From NCBI RefSeq assembly GCF_009914755.1, contig NC_060941.1: a stretch of DNA of 64,000 nucleotides; one strand, 5' to 3'. This document shows positions 32,614-47,324 of this stretch, piece by piece. Each line of letters opens with the position of its first letter. The stretch's first letter is position 1. The stretch comes from the human T2T-CHM13v2.0 reference genome, Homo sapiens. Below the pieces are notes generated by a model. That model had not been told where the DNA came from. It worked only from the letters and a program-made list of their open reading frames with translations, and searched no databases. Both the position numbers and the translations under genes were made by a program.

Positions 32614-34284
32614 TCATCATCATACATTATCTTTAATTAACTGCTTATTTTTGGATAAATTATAGTTCTTCCGATTTCTGTTTCCTTCCTTTCCTCCTTC
32701 CCTAGATGAAAAATCTGGGTGCAAGGTGAATGGATTGTGACTTATGTGGTCTCTTGACAGCAGAGGTGAGTCAGGATCCCAGGGTCCACACAGAGCGGTT
32801 GTCTCGGGGCTGTTAAAGTGGTTGGTTTGGCGCCATTAAGTATTCCAGTATCTGCAGGGTTATTCAAGCTCTGAATGTTTACTGGTTTGGTCAATGCCAC
32901 CAGACCTTTCTGTTGATCTTGGTGTGTTGCAGACTCTTCAAAATCTGGCTACAGCCAAGCCCATGTGTTCCTGGCCCAAACTGTCTGCCTTTGGCTTTTG
33001 GCCACAGAATCATTTAGCCATTCTATGACAGCCAGCTCTGGCAAATTTCCTGGCCAGACTTTCAGCTAATGAAGAGACATACTGGGCTTTTAGGTTCCCT
33101 TCCTTGCTTCCTAGGAACCAAGGGAAACTTGGAAGAGTTCATGCAAACCTTCCCTATGTCTAACCATGCTGGGGAGCTGAGGTTTGATCTGGTGACTTAG
33201 ATCTGGGGAGAAGAAATGTGGACCCACATGCAACAAACTGCGCCACCTCCTTCTAAGTTAGTCTTCTCACAATCCACTGGTACTGCAGACAATGTTCTCC
33301 TCCCTCTTCTTGTCTGTCAGGAATTTCCCTTAAGTAAGATATCATGACGCAGTCCACCAGGATAACCTCTTCATGTGGAAGATAGAAAAACAATAAAACA
33401 TAAAAATCTTCTATCTCAAGAAACCTGAATCTCAGTATTATCTTTGACTACAAAATTTTGTTTTGAATATCATAAATAGAATATTAATTATTTTCATTCT
33501 TGGTAAAAATGCTTAGGTCCCAATGCCACTCCCCTAGCAAGTAATAAATGTCTTTGAAGAAATTGCAAAGAAGAAAAGAACAGGGATATATTTAGCAAAC
33601 ATGATCTTCCTTGTCCTTTGATAGGAAAGCAGTACAAACAGAGTCATGGAATTGGCACTCCTCGAATTTTCACAGATCCAATGTGATCTGGCCCAAGAAA
33701 TAGAAAATGCTCTCCATGACTTCACAGCCACTTCCCATCAATCCATCCTGAGCACTGCATCGGTGCTTTTCAAAGTTTGTTTTTACCTTTCATTATCCAA
33801 CTCTGCTCTATAAAGCTTCCCTGGCCCCGTGGAGTGGGGGTAGAACACAAAGCTTTCATAGCTCCCAGGGCCCTCGGTAAGTCATTTCAAAATTTTTCCC
33901 ACCTGACGTTGGAATGACCTCTGTATCCATTGAACGTTTTGAACTTTTACCTCTCGGTGCTTTTCCTAAGATAGTCCCCTCACTTGTAATGTTTCTGTCC
34001 AAATCTCACGCCAAGCCCACTACCTCCTGAAGCTTTCCCTCTGTGGTCCAGCTCAAAGGCGACAGAACCCACAGAGACATGACGAGCTTTGCCAACTGTT
34101 CAACACTGAACAAGGCATTGATTGATTTCCTAGCTGTGCCTGTAATAGTTGGGTGACCTTGGGCAAATCCTTTTACCTCTCTAGGTTGGATTCCCTTATC
34201 AAGATGGAGAGTGAGCAGGAAGGGTAAGGTACAGACAGATATTTAGGTGGCCTCTAAGAGTTCTTAAGATCATGCATTGAGGAC

Positions 34285-34545
34285 GTATTCTATAACTATA
34301 ACCTAAAGGTCATGTACTTTTTAAAGCATTGAAGTAGTGGCCAACATTCCAAAACTGGGAGGTTTCTGTGTCCATTTAAAACAGATTTGGCAATATTGGG
34401 CTGGTATCTCCACATGGCAGCAGTAGATTGGTGCTGAGTTGTTTCCCACCTGGTGGGAACTGGGTTCTCTGGTGCCCCACATCTCTACTGCACTTTTGTT
34501 TTTTAAACTACTTGGCACATGTAGACACTGGGTTTCTAGCCTTGG
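34285..34545. mobile_element. MER102-like hAT remnant
   Basis: cagatttggcaatattgggc...catggcagcag..ttggtgctgagt. Confidence 0.45.
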
Positions 34546-34948
34546 CTTTAGGGAGTTCCTGGTGCCATTTCTTACACTAAACCATGATCCTTATATTGTT
34601 GTTTCATGATTTATGATTTAATGGCTTGTTTCCCCAGATACCCTATAATTGTCTTGAGAACAAGGCTTAACACCTTTGAACTCTTTCTATGTGTCAGGCA
34701 CTGTTATAAACACTTCACATGTATTAACTCATTTAATTGGACTTCTTTATTCCTCACAGCAGCTAGGAAAATGTATTGCATGTAGTTGCTGCCAAATATA
34801 CTTGTGGATTATTTCATGAACTATTTGGCAAAATGTCAGACTGGAGTCAGGCTCCTTGTGTTCATATTGTGTTCCACTTTCACTATACCTGTGTAGCCTT
34901 GAGTAAATGGATAAACTTGTAAACCCCAAGAAATACGACACTCTGTTA

Positions 34949-34995
34949 GTCTATCTATCTATCTATCTATCATCTATCTATCTATCATCTATCAC
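34949..34995. repeat. Compound (TCTA)n/(TCA) microsatellite at an L1 tail
   Basis: Read directly. Confidence 0.9.
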
Positions 34996-34999
34996 TATC

Positions 35000-35520
35000 G
35001 CTTTTTAGATATAATTTTCATAAAATAAAATGCACAGTTCAGTGAGTTTTAACAAACATTTAACAAATACACCTATGGAATCTCCACTTTAATCAAGCTA
35101 TAGAATATTTCCATCACACCTGAAAGTTTTCTCATGTCTTTTTCCAATGGAAACCTACCTTTCTTCCGATTTCTATCACTGTAAATTAATTTGAACTGTC
35201 CTAGAACTTTATATACATAGACTCATACCACCTGTAATTTTGGGGGGGCTGGGTTCTTTGCTCAACATATTTATTTCCTTTTTTGCAGTTGGTATCAGAA
35301 GTGAAATGAAGCATAATGCTTTTGTGATTCATCCATGTTGCAATATATGTTAGTGGCTCCTCCTTTTTCATCGCTGAGTAGTATTCCCTTGTATGAATAT
35401 ATCACAATTTATTTATTCACTTATTTGTTGGTGGGCACTTGAGTTATTTCTAGTTTTAAGTTACTATAAATAAATCTTCTATAAATATTTTTATGCAAAT
35501 TATTTTTGGTAGACATTTTT
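35000..35520 (-). mobile_element. L1M 3' end inserted into a MIR (MIR halves at ~34830-34940 and ~35521-35660)
   Basis: atagaatatttccatcacacctgaaagtt, gctgagtagtattcc motifs; MIR core resumes at ccttagttttctcatctg. Confidence 0.7.
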
Positions 35521-37444
35521 CCCCTTAGTTTTCTCATCTGCTGAATGTGACCAAAAATAATATCCACCTCTTACCATCTTCTGAGGATTAAATGAAAACT
35601 TGCATATAAAACCATAACATGAACCCTAGCACTTAATAAGTTTTATCAGTTAATTTTATCTATTATTGTTTTATAAAGAAAAATAAAAGTTGACTTTGCT
35701 GTGTATCTAAAGTATTAACTCTCATTTGTCTATAAACAAAAAATAAAGCATGCCATTTCAGACCATTCTTTATTTGAGATCATTTGAACTACACAGATAC
35801 TTACATTTGAATTATCTGGATAAAATCTGCAGCTTGAACTCAAAAGTATTCAATTTTGACTTAAACTCAAGTCACGCAAACACATGCAAAGTTGAAGGGC
35901 GTGCAAAACCAGTAATTGAAAGGACTTGTTTATAAGAAGAACTAATATTAGCCTCATAAAAGAAGCTCACATAATTTTCTGAACTTAAAATGCATCTTAT
36001 GGGATAATGTTTTGATAAGTTGAGTAGAAGTGAATTAGGACCATGTGCGAATATATTTTCCGCAAAAGGGACTTCAACGTTTACATATAATGAAAAAAAG
36101 ATGCTTGGGGCAAACGCATTTAAAGCTTTGACGAACTCACAACTTGTAACAGTTGCATAAACTTAAAGGCCATTACTGCTCAGTTTTTCCCCAATGACTA
36201 GAATGCCCTCTCTCACCTGTCACTTTGCTCACAGACACGTGATAAAAACACACCTTTTGCATTGGCAGAAGAACTAAGCCTGACATATTTCACTAGTAGG
36301 TGACTTACCAGCCATTTGCTTCTGTCACTACATCCATTTACATTCTTACTGAGTGTCTAATGTTTCCCACCTGCCCTTTATTTTGGCAGGGTCTCCAAGG
36401 CAGGCAGGCTAGCAGGTAATGGAAGCCACCAATCCTTTACCCACTCTTGGGATGACTCTGTTGGAACGAATTACAGAAACTAATGTTAGTCAATTTTCTA
36501 TATGTCCATTACCTTGTTCTTGACTGTTATAACTGTTGGAAATAATCTATTCTAAGTATACGTGACTGAACGATTTAAATGGGGTCTAATAAAAGTAAAA
36601 ATGCTTTTATTAATTAATTCAAAAACTATTTGTTGTACAACTAACAGGAATGGTGCTATTTAGGATAATTCTTTGCCCTCTCAGACCTTACCATTCAAAA
36701 GGGGAGCTAAGTCACATGTTCATAGAAACTATCTATAATCAACATAATAGGTGCAATAATATATAGGATTCTTCTTTTTTCTTCATCTCCATGGCCATAA
36801 AAGGTGAGTTACAAATCTCACCTAGAAGACGATCAGAAAAATTCATATTAACATTTTTGTACATTTTCTCATGTTCCTCTTTTTTGGAAGTTTTACATAT
36901 TTGAGATAAACTGTATCATGCCTATTTTCACTGAATATTAATAATATTTTTGATGGAATTAAAAGTCTTTCAAAATATAATTTGTAATGACCATATAGAA
37001 TTTAATCTTATGGATCTACTGTATCTTCTTGAAACATTTCATTGTTGCCGGGTATTTAGGTTTGTTTCCTATATTTCATCATTATAAATAAACATCTTCA
37101 CAAATACTGTCTTTCTATGTTTTACATTAGATATGTAGTCTTGTCTCTTGGATATAGAATTAGGGGATTCAAAGTGTATGAATATGCCAGCGCTCTGGGT
37201 ACATATTACCACATGTTACCAAATTGAACTGTACTGATGATGATCCCACACGCTTTAGTAATAGCTATTAGAGTTGGAAAGTCTGAGCTAATCTGATAAC
37301 TATAATATGATGTTGCATTGTTTCTAGTTCTCTGATTACTAATGAAGTAGAATAGTTTTCATGTGTTTATTAGTTATTTGACATAGGATGTTATCATGTA
37401 GAAGGTCATCAATTTGTTGAATAAGTATGTATTAAAATCCTATT

Positions 37445-37885
37445 ATGATAGCAAAAATGTGGAAACAACCCAAATGTCCATCAATAGATAAATGGATAAA
37501 CCAAATGTGATATATCCATACAGCAGAATGTTATTCAGCTATAAAAAATGAAATGTTAATATATTATAGCATGATGAACCTTGAAAACATTGTGTTAAGT
37601 GAAAGACACCAGTCAATCACAAAAGGTCCCATCTCGTTTCATTTCATTTTATGAAATTGGCACAATATACAGATCCATCAAAAACCAAAAGCAAGCTAGT
37701 GGTTTCCAGAGGCTGGATGAAGGGAGGAAGGGGAGCTAATCTTAATAGCTATGGGGTCTCTTTACGGAGTGATGAAAATATTCTGGAAATGGAGAAGCAG
37801 CGATGGTTCCACAACCTTGTGAATAGACCGCTCAGTTGTACACTACAAGAATGTGAATTTAATGGTATGCAAATTACATAAGAAC
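37445..37885 (+). mobile_element. L1MB-like 3' end
   Basis: ggaaacaacccaaatgtccatcaa, atgaaccttgaaaacatt, ggagtgatgaaaatattctgga. Confidence 0.8.
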
Positions 37886-39679
37886 CTATTACGCCCAGGT
37901 AGTAGGCTATTGTTGGGGGTATTAGATCAATAAGATGGAGCTTACATTTCGTGGAGAAGATAACTGGTCATTTAGGGGCACAGAGGAAGTGCATATAACC
38001 AGGTTGTGGTACTATTTTAAAACCCAGACAATCTCTCAAGACTAATGTGTGGAAGCACAGTTAGAGGCAGGAATGTCCTCTGTGGATTTTCCATGGTTTC
38101 TGTGTTTTGGGTCCTAACTTTGTCTTCTTTGGGAAATTGGACTTTTCAGTTTGTCTGTCTTGATTCTGTTAAGTAGAAGATGATCGGATTTATACTTCAT
38201 CGTGGACTGCATACTACATATGAAAAATTGTCATATCTGTGCCTCATTTTTTAACATTCACAACGTGATATTAAACTCGTTTCTCCCCTAGGAAGCAACT
38301 CTTGGAGAACATCTTTGTGCTCCAACACCTAACTCCATGACTAACATACAGCAGTTTTTCCTTTAATAGTTTTTAAACTTTACTCAAGAAACAAATAACT
38401 CGTCCATCACTTGTTATTGTCCCAAGAAGTATAAATAAACTTAGCCAAGTTATTTATTTTATTTTCCTTCATTTTATACAGGTTTATTGTTTGTAAATCC
38501 TGCCTTAGTGCTAATTATGTTAAATGTGTTTCATGATCTGTAAAATGGAAAGGATTTAAGTGAGGTTGCATATCTCAAGTAGCCCAGTAACGTAGCTGGG
38601 CTGGGAATTTGCAAGAAAGTTGATCCAGAGATCTAGTTTTAGTGCCCTGCCTCTCTCCTCTCCCTCTTTAACGGGTTGAACAACACTATGTAATTTATTT
38701 CCTTTGGGATTCAGACACATTACCTGAAAAATTTAGAACTTACCTGCATTGTCTACTTCACAGAATTTATTGCACAGATTAATTTAAAAATGTGATATTT
38801 TGTAAAGCAGAATGCATTCTATAAACTGGATCATCATCTTCATAGTCATTATCATCATCATCATTATTATCTTCCTCATAAGTATTATTTCAGATGCCAA
38901 CTTTGTTTAGTTTTTCAAGAGAGACAAAAGAGAATTAGAATAGAAAATTATTTTGCCTTATTAATCAAAACCAATACGAGCTAAGGGAATATAGGTTACC
39001 ATCTTGGTTATGATTAAAGAAGAACGTCTCATTGAACTCATTTGCTTAAATTATACAATACAATGTATAGGACAACAGAGTGGTGTTTATCTGGGTGGAC
39101 TGATCATTTGTTGGGCTGATTTATCTGAACATAACATAGCTAGGCTGTGCTGTAACCTCTAAGCAGTGCACATCTCATTACTTTGTAGTGTCCCATGAAG
39201 GTTTTCTGGAAAATGAGGTTGAGTTATGGCTGTTCCTGGCAGGCAGTGTCATTTTCATTTGCTGTCAGTGAATGCTGAAGAGTGAGGAGTCACAAGAGCA
39301 CTATATTTTGTGTCATATGAGATTGCCCTGTGATAAATGATTACTGTACAGGGATAGGATACTAAACTAATCAGTCACTGGAGGATGATATTGATAAGCA
39401 GCTATCACCCTGTGGCAGTGAAGCAGGGAAGGGGCTAAAGGAACCCATGCTTTACAGCTGCTTTTCAGAACTGACCGTTACCTTGTGATGGAGGAGAAGG
39501 AGGAGGAGGCAGTAGTGATTTGCCAACATCTTTGAACCTTTCCTGGGTGACCTGCCATCAAGGAATATTTCCTGGACTGCTTGTGGAAAGCACATTTCAG
39601 GGTGCTAGTACCATCTTGTGGAGATGGTTAAATAAATTACGAATAGAACAGAGAACATCCGATTACTTTGCCTGACTGT

Positions 39680-39877
39680 GAGGAGATGGGTTTGCGCCTG
39701 CTCTTTCTTGGCCTTCTGCAATGAGTAAAATCTTCCTAAGGCCTCCCCAGGAGTTAAGCAGATGCTAGTACCATGCTTATACAGCCTGCAGAACCATGAG
39801 CCAATTAAACCTCTTTTATTTCTAAATAACCCTGTCTCAGGTATTTCTTTATAGCAATGCAAGAACAGCCTAATGCA
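39680..39877 (+). mobile_element. MST (MaLR) LTR, 3' half
   Basis: cagcctgcagaaccatgagccaattaaacctctt...tctcaggtatttctttatagcaatgcaagaacagcctaa. Confidence 0.85.
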
Positions 39878-39991
39878 CGGGCTCTAGGCTGCACTTTCAG
39901 AGTCCAATTAGAAAATGTCCTCTTCACTTAGTTTCTCAAAATTATTAGAAGATACTCCCTGGAGGTGAGTTTTAATAAAGAATGATGTTCC

Positions 39992-42103
39992 AGCCAGAGC
40001 AATCATACAAGAGAAAGAAATAAAGGACATCCCCATATCAGTAAAGAGGAAGTCAAACTGCTGTTGTTCGCCAATGACGTGATCATGTAACTAGAAAACC
40101 CTAAAGACTCATCCAAAAAGCTTCTAGATCTGATAAATGAATTCAGTAAAGTTACAGAATACAAAATCAATGTACACAAATCAGTAGCACTGCTATACTT
40201 AACAGCAACCAAGCTGAGAATCAAATCAAGAGCTCAATCCCTTTTACAATAGCTGCAAAATCAAATCAAATCAAATACTTGGAATATACCTAACCAAGGA
40301 GGTGAAAGACCTCTACAAGGAAAACTACAAAACACTGTTGAAAGAAATCATAGATGACACAAACAAATGGAAACACATCCCATGCTCATGGATGGGTAGA
40401 ATCAATATTGTGAAAATGACGATACTGCCAAAAGCAATCTACAAATTCAATGTAATTCCCATCAAAATACTGTCATTCTTCACAGAACTAGAAAAAAAAT
40501 TCTAAAATTCATATTGAACCAAAAAGGAGCCCACATAGCCAAAGCAAGACTAAGCAAAAGGAACCAATCTGGAGGCATCACATTACCCAATTTCAAACTA
40601 TACTATAAGGCTGTAGTCACCTAAACAGCATGGAACTGGCATAAAAATAAGCACATAGAACAATGGAACAGAATAAAGAACCCAGAAATAAAGCCAAATA
40701 TTTACAGCCAGTTGATTTTTGACAAAGCAAACAAAAACATAAAGTGGGGAAAGGACACCCTATTCAACAAATGGTGCTCAGATAATCGGCAAGCAACATG
40801 TAGAAGAATGAAACTGGATCATCATCTCTCACCTTATAAAAAAATCAACTCAGGATGGATCAAAGATTTACATCTAAGGCCTGAAAACGTTAAAATTCTG
40901 GAAGATAACATCGGAAAAACCTTTGTAGACACTGGCTTAGGCAAAGATTTTATGACCAAGAACCCAAAAGCAAATGCAACAAAAACAAAGATAAATAGAC
41001 GGAACGTAATTAAACTAAAAAGCTTCTGCACAGCAAAAGAAATAATCAGCAGAGTAAACAGACAACCCACAAACTGGGAGAAAATCTTTGCAAACTGTGC
41101 GTCTGACAAATGACTAATATCCAGAATCTACAAGGAACTCAAACAAATCAGTAAGAAAGAAACAAATAATCCCATCCAAAAGTGGGCTAAGGACATGAAT
41201 AGACAATTCTCAAAAGAAGATATACAAATGGCCAACAAACATGAAAAAATGCTCAACATTACTAATTATCAGGGAAGTGCAAATCAAAATCACAATGTGA
41301 TACCACCTTACTCCTGCAAGAATGGCCATAATTTAAAAATCAAAAAATAATAGATGTTGGTGTGGATGTGGTGAAAAGGGAACACTTTTACCCTGCTGGT
41401 GGGAATGTAAACTAGTACAGCCTCTGTGGAAAACAGTATGGAGATTCCTTAAAGAACTAAAAGTAGATCTATCATTTAATCCAGCAATCCCACTACTGGG
41501 TATCTACCCAGAGGAAAAGAAGTCATTGTATGAAAAAGACACTTGCACATGTATGTTTATAGCAGCACAATTCACAATTGTAAAAATGTGGAACCAGACC
41601 AAATGCCCATCAAAGAGCAGATAAAGAAAATGTCATATACATATACACATATATATCACAAATGTGATATACGTATACATATATATCACAAATGTCATAT
41701 ATATATATTTATTTATTTATACCTCATGGAATCATGGGATATGACTCAGCCATAAAAGGGACCAAAATAATGGTATTTGCAGCAACCTGGATGGAGTTGG
41801 AGACCATTATTCTAAGTAAAGTAATTCAGAAATGGAAAACTAAACATCATATATTCTCACTTATAAGTAGGAGCCAAGCTATGAGGATGCAAAGGCATAA
41901 AAATGATACAGTGGACTTTGGGGACTTAAGGGGAAGGGTGGAAGGGGGTAAGGGATAAGAGACTACACATTGGGTACAGTGTACGTTACTTGGGTGATGA
42001 GTGCACCAAAATCTCAGAAATCACCACTAAAAAAACTTATCCATGTAACCAAACACCACCTGTGCTCCAGAAACCTATTGAAATAGTGAAAGAAAGAAAA
42101 AAA
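39992..42103 (+). mobile_element. 5'-truncated L1PB1-like LINE-1
   Basis: ORF2 remnants (40302-40505, 40712-41113) with stops; PB-type 3' UTR gctatgaggatgcaaaggcataa; degenerate TSD aaagaatgatgttcc / aaagaacgaagtccc. Confidence 0.92.
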
Positions 42104-43292
42104 AAAGAACGAAGTCCCAATAGCAATGGACTCCAAGGGCATTTCCCACTTCTTTTTTGCTGAGACTTCAAGTCCAGAATCACAGACATTGTAGGCTTCT
42201 TTGACTCATAACATTATCACCCTTCCTTATAAGTTGGGCTTGAAATTCTTCCATCGGAGAGGTCATTTCTTCGTGAACATAATTTCTCTGTTCTTCTTTC
42301 AGAATGCTAATACCGATACTTTAATGAGAATGAGGATTTTTAGATCACTTTTCTTGCAACAGAAAAGAGAACATCTGAGGATCTGAGGTCTTAAAGCAAC
42401 GAACATAAAGCAAAGTGGAGGGATGGTGTGGCAGAAAGGGAGGAGTGGAGTGTCCCAAACAGACTTTGCTTTCTTTCCATGTCTTCCAGTTGGTCCTGCC
42501 CAGATGCCTTCCAAGTGGAAGAAGGTGTATCAACTTTTTTGGAGTGGAAGGATAATTGGGGGTAGATCTGGACAGCTCCCACACTCCCAGCCACACCTTG
42601 GAAAGGACAGCAGGTGGGTACAAGCTGGCCTCACCCTCTCTAATGGGTGCCTTCCAGATCCACCCAGGAAAGGCTGAAAGAACTGGGCACCCATGGATCA
42701 AAGGGAACCTCCCTTGTTTGTTTTTCACTAGGATAATGGAGCAGTTTCCACACCCTTCAGGGAGCTAATTTCTTAATTCCTTCAATAGCATGAATAATAA
42801 TCCATTTGACCCTGTTTCAAGGATTAGAGCTGCCTAGATGAAAGGCTATCCGCATTAGAGTGAGGACTGTAATCAGGGAGAGTTCTTGTTCCGCTCCCCC
42901 ACCTCCAGGTTTTGTTTCATTACGCATACACAAAAATGAGTACGCCTTTTACACAAATTAGAAACAAAAAGAACATCATTAAAATTCACAAAAATACCAC
43001 CACTTTTAGATAAATATGGTTGACAATTTGAAGCACAGTCTTTAAGACTTTTTCTCTCTATAGGTACACATATATTTTGCAAAAATGGAATATTTTACGT
43101 ATGCTTTGCAACCTAATTCCCTTTATTTACCTTATTATGCCCATATTTTATGTGAAGTAGACATCAACATCATTTATTAAGAAATATTCATTTTACCTTT
43201 ATTTTATTTATTTAATCAATTCCATATTATTAAACAATTAGGTTTTCCCCCTTTCTTCTCTCTTACCTTCCATCCACCCAATTATTTATCTA

Positions 43293-43351
43293 TATCTATG
43301 TAACCAAACACCACCTGTGCTCCAAAAACCTATTGAAATAGTGAAAAAAAA
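43293..43351 (+). repeat. ~55-bp copy of the terminus of the upstream L1PB
   Basis: atgtaaccaaacaccacctgtgctccaaaaacctattgaaatagtgaaa matches 42043-42091 with one mismatch. Confidence 0.9.
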
Positions 43352-43710
43352 TCTGTTTTTGTACACATGTAGCTTTCTATCAATCACCCTATGTGTATAT
43401 GAATCTATTTATTTCTATTATAAATTAAGCTGCAAAAAATACTCTTGATCACAAATTATATGGGTAAATGATTATTTCCCTAGAAATGAGATTTATTAAT
43501 AAAATGATGTATTTAAGGTTCATATATATTATATATACATAAAAAATACATAATTTACATTTCTTTAATCAATATAGGAGTGTTAACCTCCCTACAGTTT
43601 AAGACAGTGCTTTCTAACCTATACTACTGATTAGAATCATCTGGAGAGTTTAGAAAAATACCAATGTTTGGGCCACACCACAGATGAATTACAGCAAAAT
43701 CTCTAGGTGA

Positions 43711-44025
<315 letters not shown>

Positions 44026-44057
44026 CAGGGATTGATATTTTTAAAAGACTCCCTAGG

Positions 44058-44151
44058 AGGCGGAGCTAGCAGTGAGCCGAGATCGCGCCACTGCACTCCA
44101 GCCTGGGCCGGCGACGGAGCAAGACTCCGTCTCAAAAAAAAAAAAAAAAAA
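44058..44151 (+). mobile_element. Severely 5'-truncated AluY
   Basis: ggcggagctagcagtgagccgagatcgcgcc... plus A tail; TSD aaaagactccctagg / aaaagactccccagg. Confidence 0.9.
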
Positions 44152-44429
44152 AAAAGACTCCCCAGGTGATGCTAATGCACGACCAGGGTTAAGGAAGTCA
44201 CTGGTCAGGGTCCTCTTCTTCCCTGGTACTCTATGTCCCTGGCAGACAGCATCAATTGAAAATCTTTCCTCTTGAGTGTGAACTCACCATCTTTATCCTT
44301 CACAGCATGGCACTGCAGATGGCAACCAATGAGTGACAAATGTTGACTGAAAGGTGGTTGCTCAGATTTTCTATGCATTTTCTATGATTGCGTGGGATTT
44401 TTTTGTTGGTTTGTTTTTGTTTTTGTCTA

Positions 44430-45440
<1,011 letters not shown>

Positions 45441-45699
45441 AAGATAGAATTTTTAAATAAATCAATCTTTTTTATCTCTTACTGGAGGAATTAAAGACCT
45501 CATCCTCCCTCCTTTCCTTCTCCTACTTCTCCCCCCTTCTTTCTTTTTTGTAATCACTAATTTATTTTGTGCATTTAAAAACACCTCCTTACAGCTTTCT
45601 TTGTTTTTGTTTTCTTTCGATTTCCCCCCTTTCCTTCTCTCCTCTTTTTTTTTTTTTTTCAGTTGTATTTTCCAATGTTGCTTAAACATCTGCAATATA

Positions 45700-45910
45700 T
45701 TGGTTAAGGGCACGTACTTTGAGTCAGACTGCTTGGTTTGAATTCCAATTCTCCACCTACTAGTTGTAAGATCTTGGGAAGTCAACCTCCCTCAGTTTCC
45801 ATATCTGTAAATAGGAATAATAACAGTAGCTCCTACTTCACACTACTGTAATGATTAATGAATGGACATGCACAGTGCACTTAAGATAGTGACAAGCACA
45901 TCAAACAGCA
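45700..45910 (+). mobile_element. MIR
   Basis: tttgagtcagactgcttggtttgaattcc...ctcagtttccatatctgtaaatagg. Confidence 0.8.
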
Positions 45911-47324
45911 CATTCATTTATCCCGTGGTGACCTGGAAGTTACATATCCAGTTGTATTTCTAACAGTGGCTACGCTTGTTTAGAAAAATAAAGAAACATC
46001 TACCTCTCTAACAGCATCAAGAATAAAATAATGCCTGTTAAATCTGGCTCAAACTTTTCCCATTTTAGCAAATTATCCATTGTTGGTTGGAATAATTTTT
46101 AAATCCAGATCATCATGATGATGTTTATAAATATTCTCTTTCAGTAATTCTTTTGACTTTCATAATGTTTCATCAGCATGTCAACAATAATTATTTTATT
46201 TCATCACCAGCTGTTTTTCTGATTGATTTCTCTCCACAATTTATTTTATGCGATGTCTTCTCCAAAATTGATTTCTTTCTTTTTATTCAATATTAAGTTA
46301 TTTGGGTAATTTTCTTCCAAATAATTTTGGGGGATGGGTGGGTAGGGTAGGGTAGAGTGTAGGGTACCTTTGAGAGCTTGCATTGCTGAGAACTTCTCTT
46401 TGTTTCCTTCCAAATGAATGACAGCTAGGTTGAACATAGAATTCTTAAATTATTGTCCACCTCCATGCATCCCTTATTCTCATTATTTTCTAGAATTTAG
46501 TATAAAGAGGAGAAATCTGATGACAGTATTTTTTCCTTTGGGGGAGGAGGAAAAGTTAGGCACTTTCTATTAGAGCTTTCTATTTCTCCATCTTGCTGAT
46601 GTCACGGTAATTCTTAAAATGAAAAAGTTCACCAGAGGGCCTATGTGTAGATAGACCCTCTTCTTATTGTAAACTTCATTTGCTATATTCTGAGACTTTG
46701 TTATCTGGAGCTTTAAGCTTATTTCAGCATGGAAACCTTTACTTCTATAATTTATTTGATGACGACTTTTAAAAGGGAGTTTTCATTGAATAAATTTTGT
46801 TTACTCTGCCCATTTACATTACTGAAAGTCCCAGTTCACATTAGATTGAGTTTTTATAGTATTTGCTTAAGAATCCATGATGGTGATGATGATAATAATG
46901 ACGACGATGACAATGTGACTTCATTTAGATCTTTCCATGTAATAGGTCTTCTTTCACTGTTGTATGTTGTGTTCTGGGACAGCACAGGGTTGCTGGTTTC
47001 AACAGCATCTGAGCTAAAGAGAGCAGCAACAAATCACTGCAAGACCTGCAGCGAACAGGTGCCAAGTAACCAGGTGTAAATGGGATCCTTAGGATGTTCT
47101 GGCTTATTCCCTGAGTCATTCCTAATGACTTTGTGTAAGTCCATTTACCTCTCTTGCCTGATTTTCATGTCAATTGGGGAGGTAGGAATAGAAGATCTTA
47201 TCAAAGCATGTGATTCAATGGAAGAAAGAGCATTCTCACCACTCCATACTTTTCCCTAATATAAAAATCATAGGAAACTCATAAATATCTATAAAACTAA
47301 GTGCTCAATCAGCACATATTTCAC

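Noticed and set aside
40302-41113. ORFs resembling a reverse-transcriptase protein C-terminus
   Set aside because: L1PB ORF2 remnants with stops in a 5'-truncated copy
41627-41710. ~30-bp TA-rich tandem repeat
   Set aside because: Sits at the usual (TA)n-prone position of L1PB 3' regions; ordinary slippage
46729-47079. 116-aa ORF with an Asp-rich run
   Set aside because: The run comes from a (GAT/GAC)n microsatellite next to L1-derived sequence; no recognisable domain
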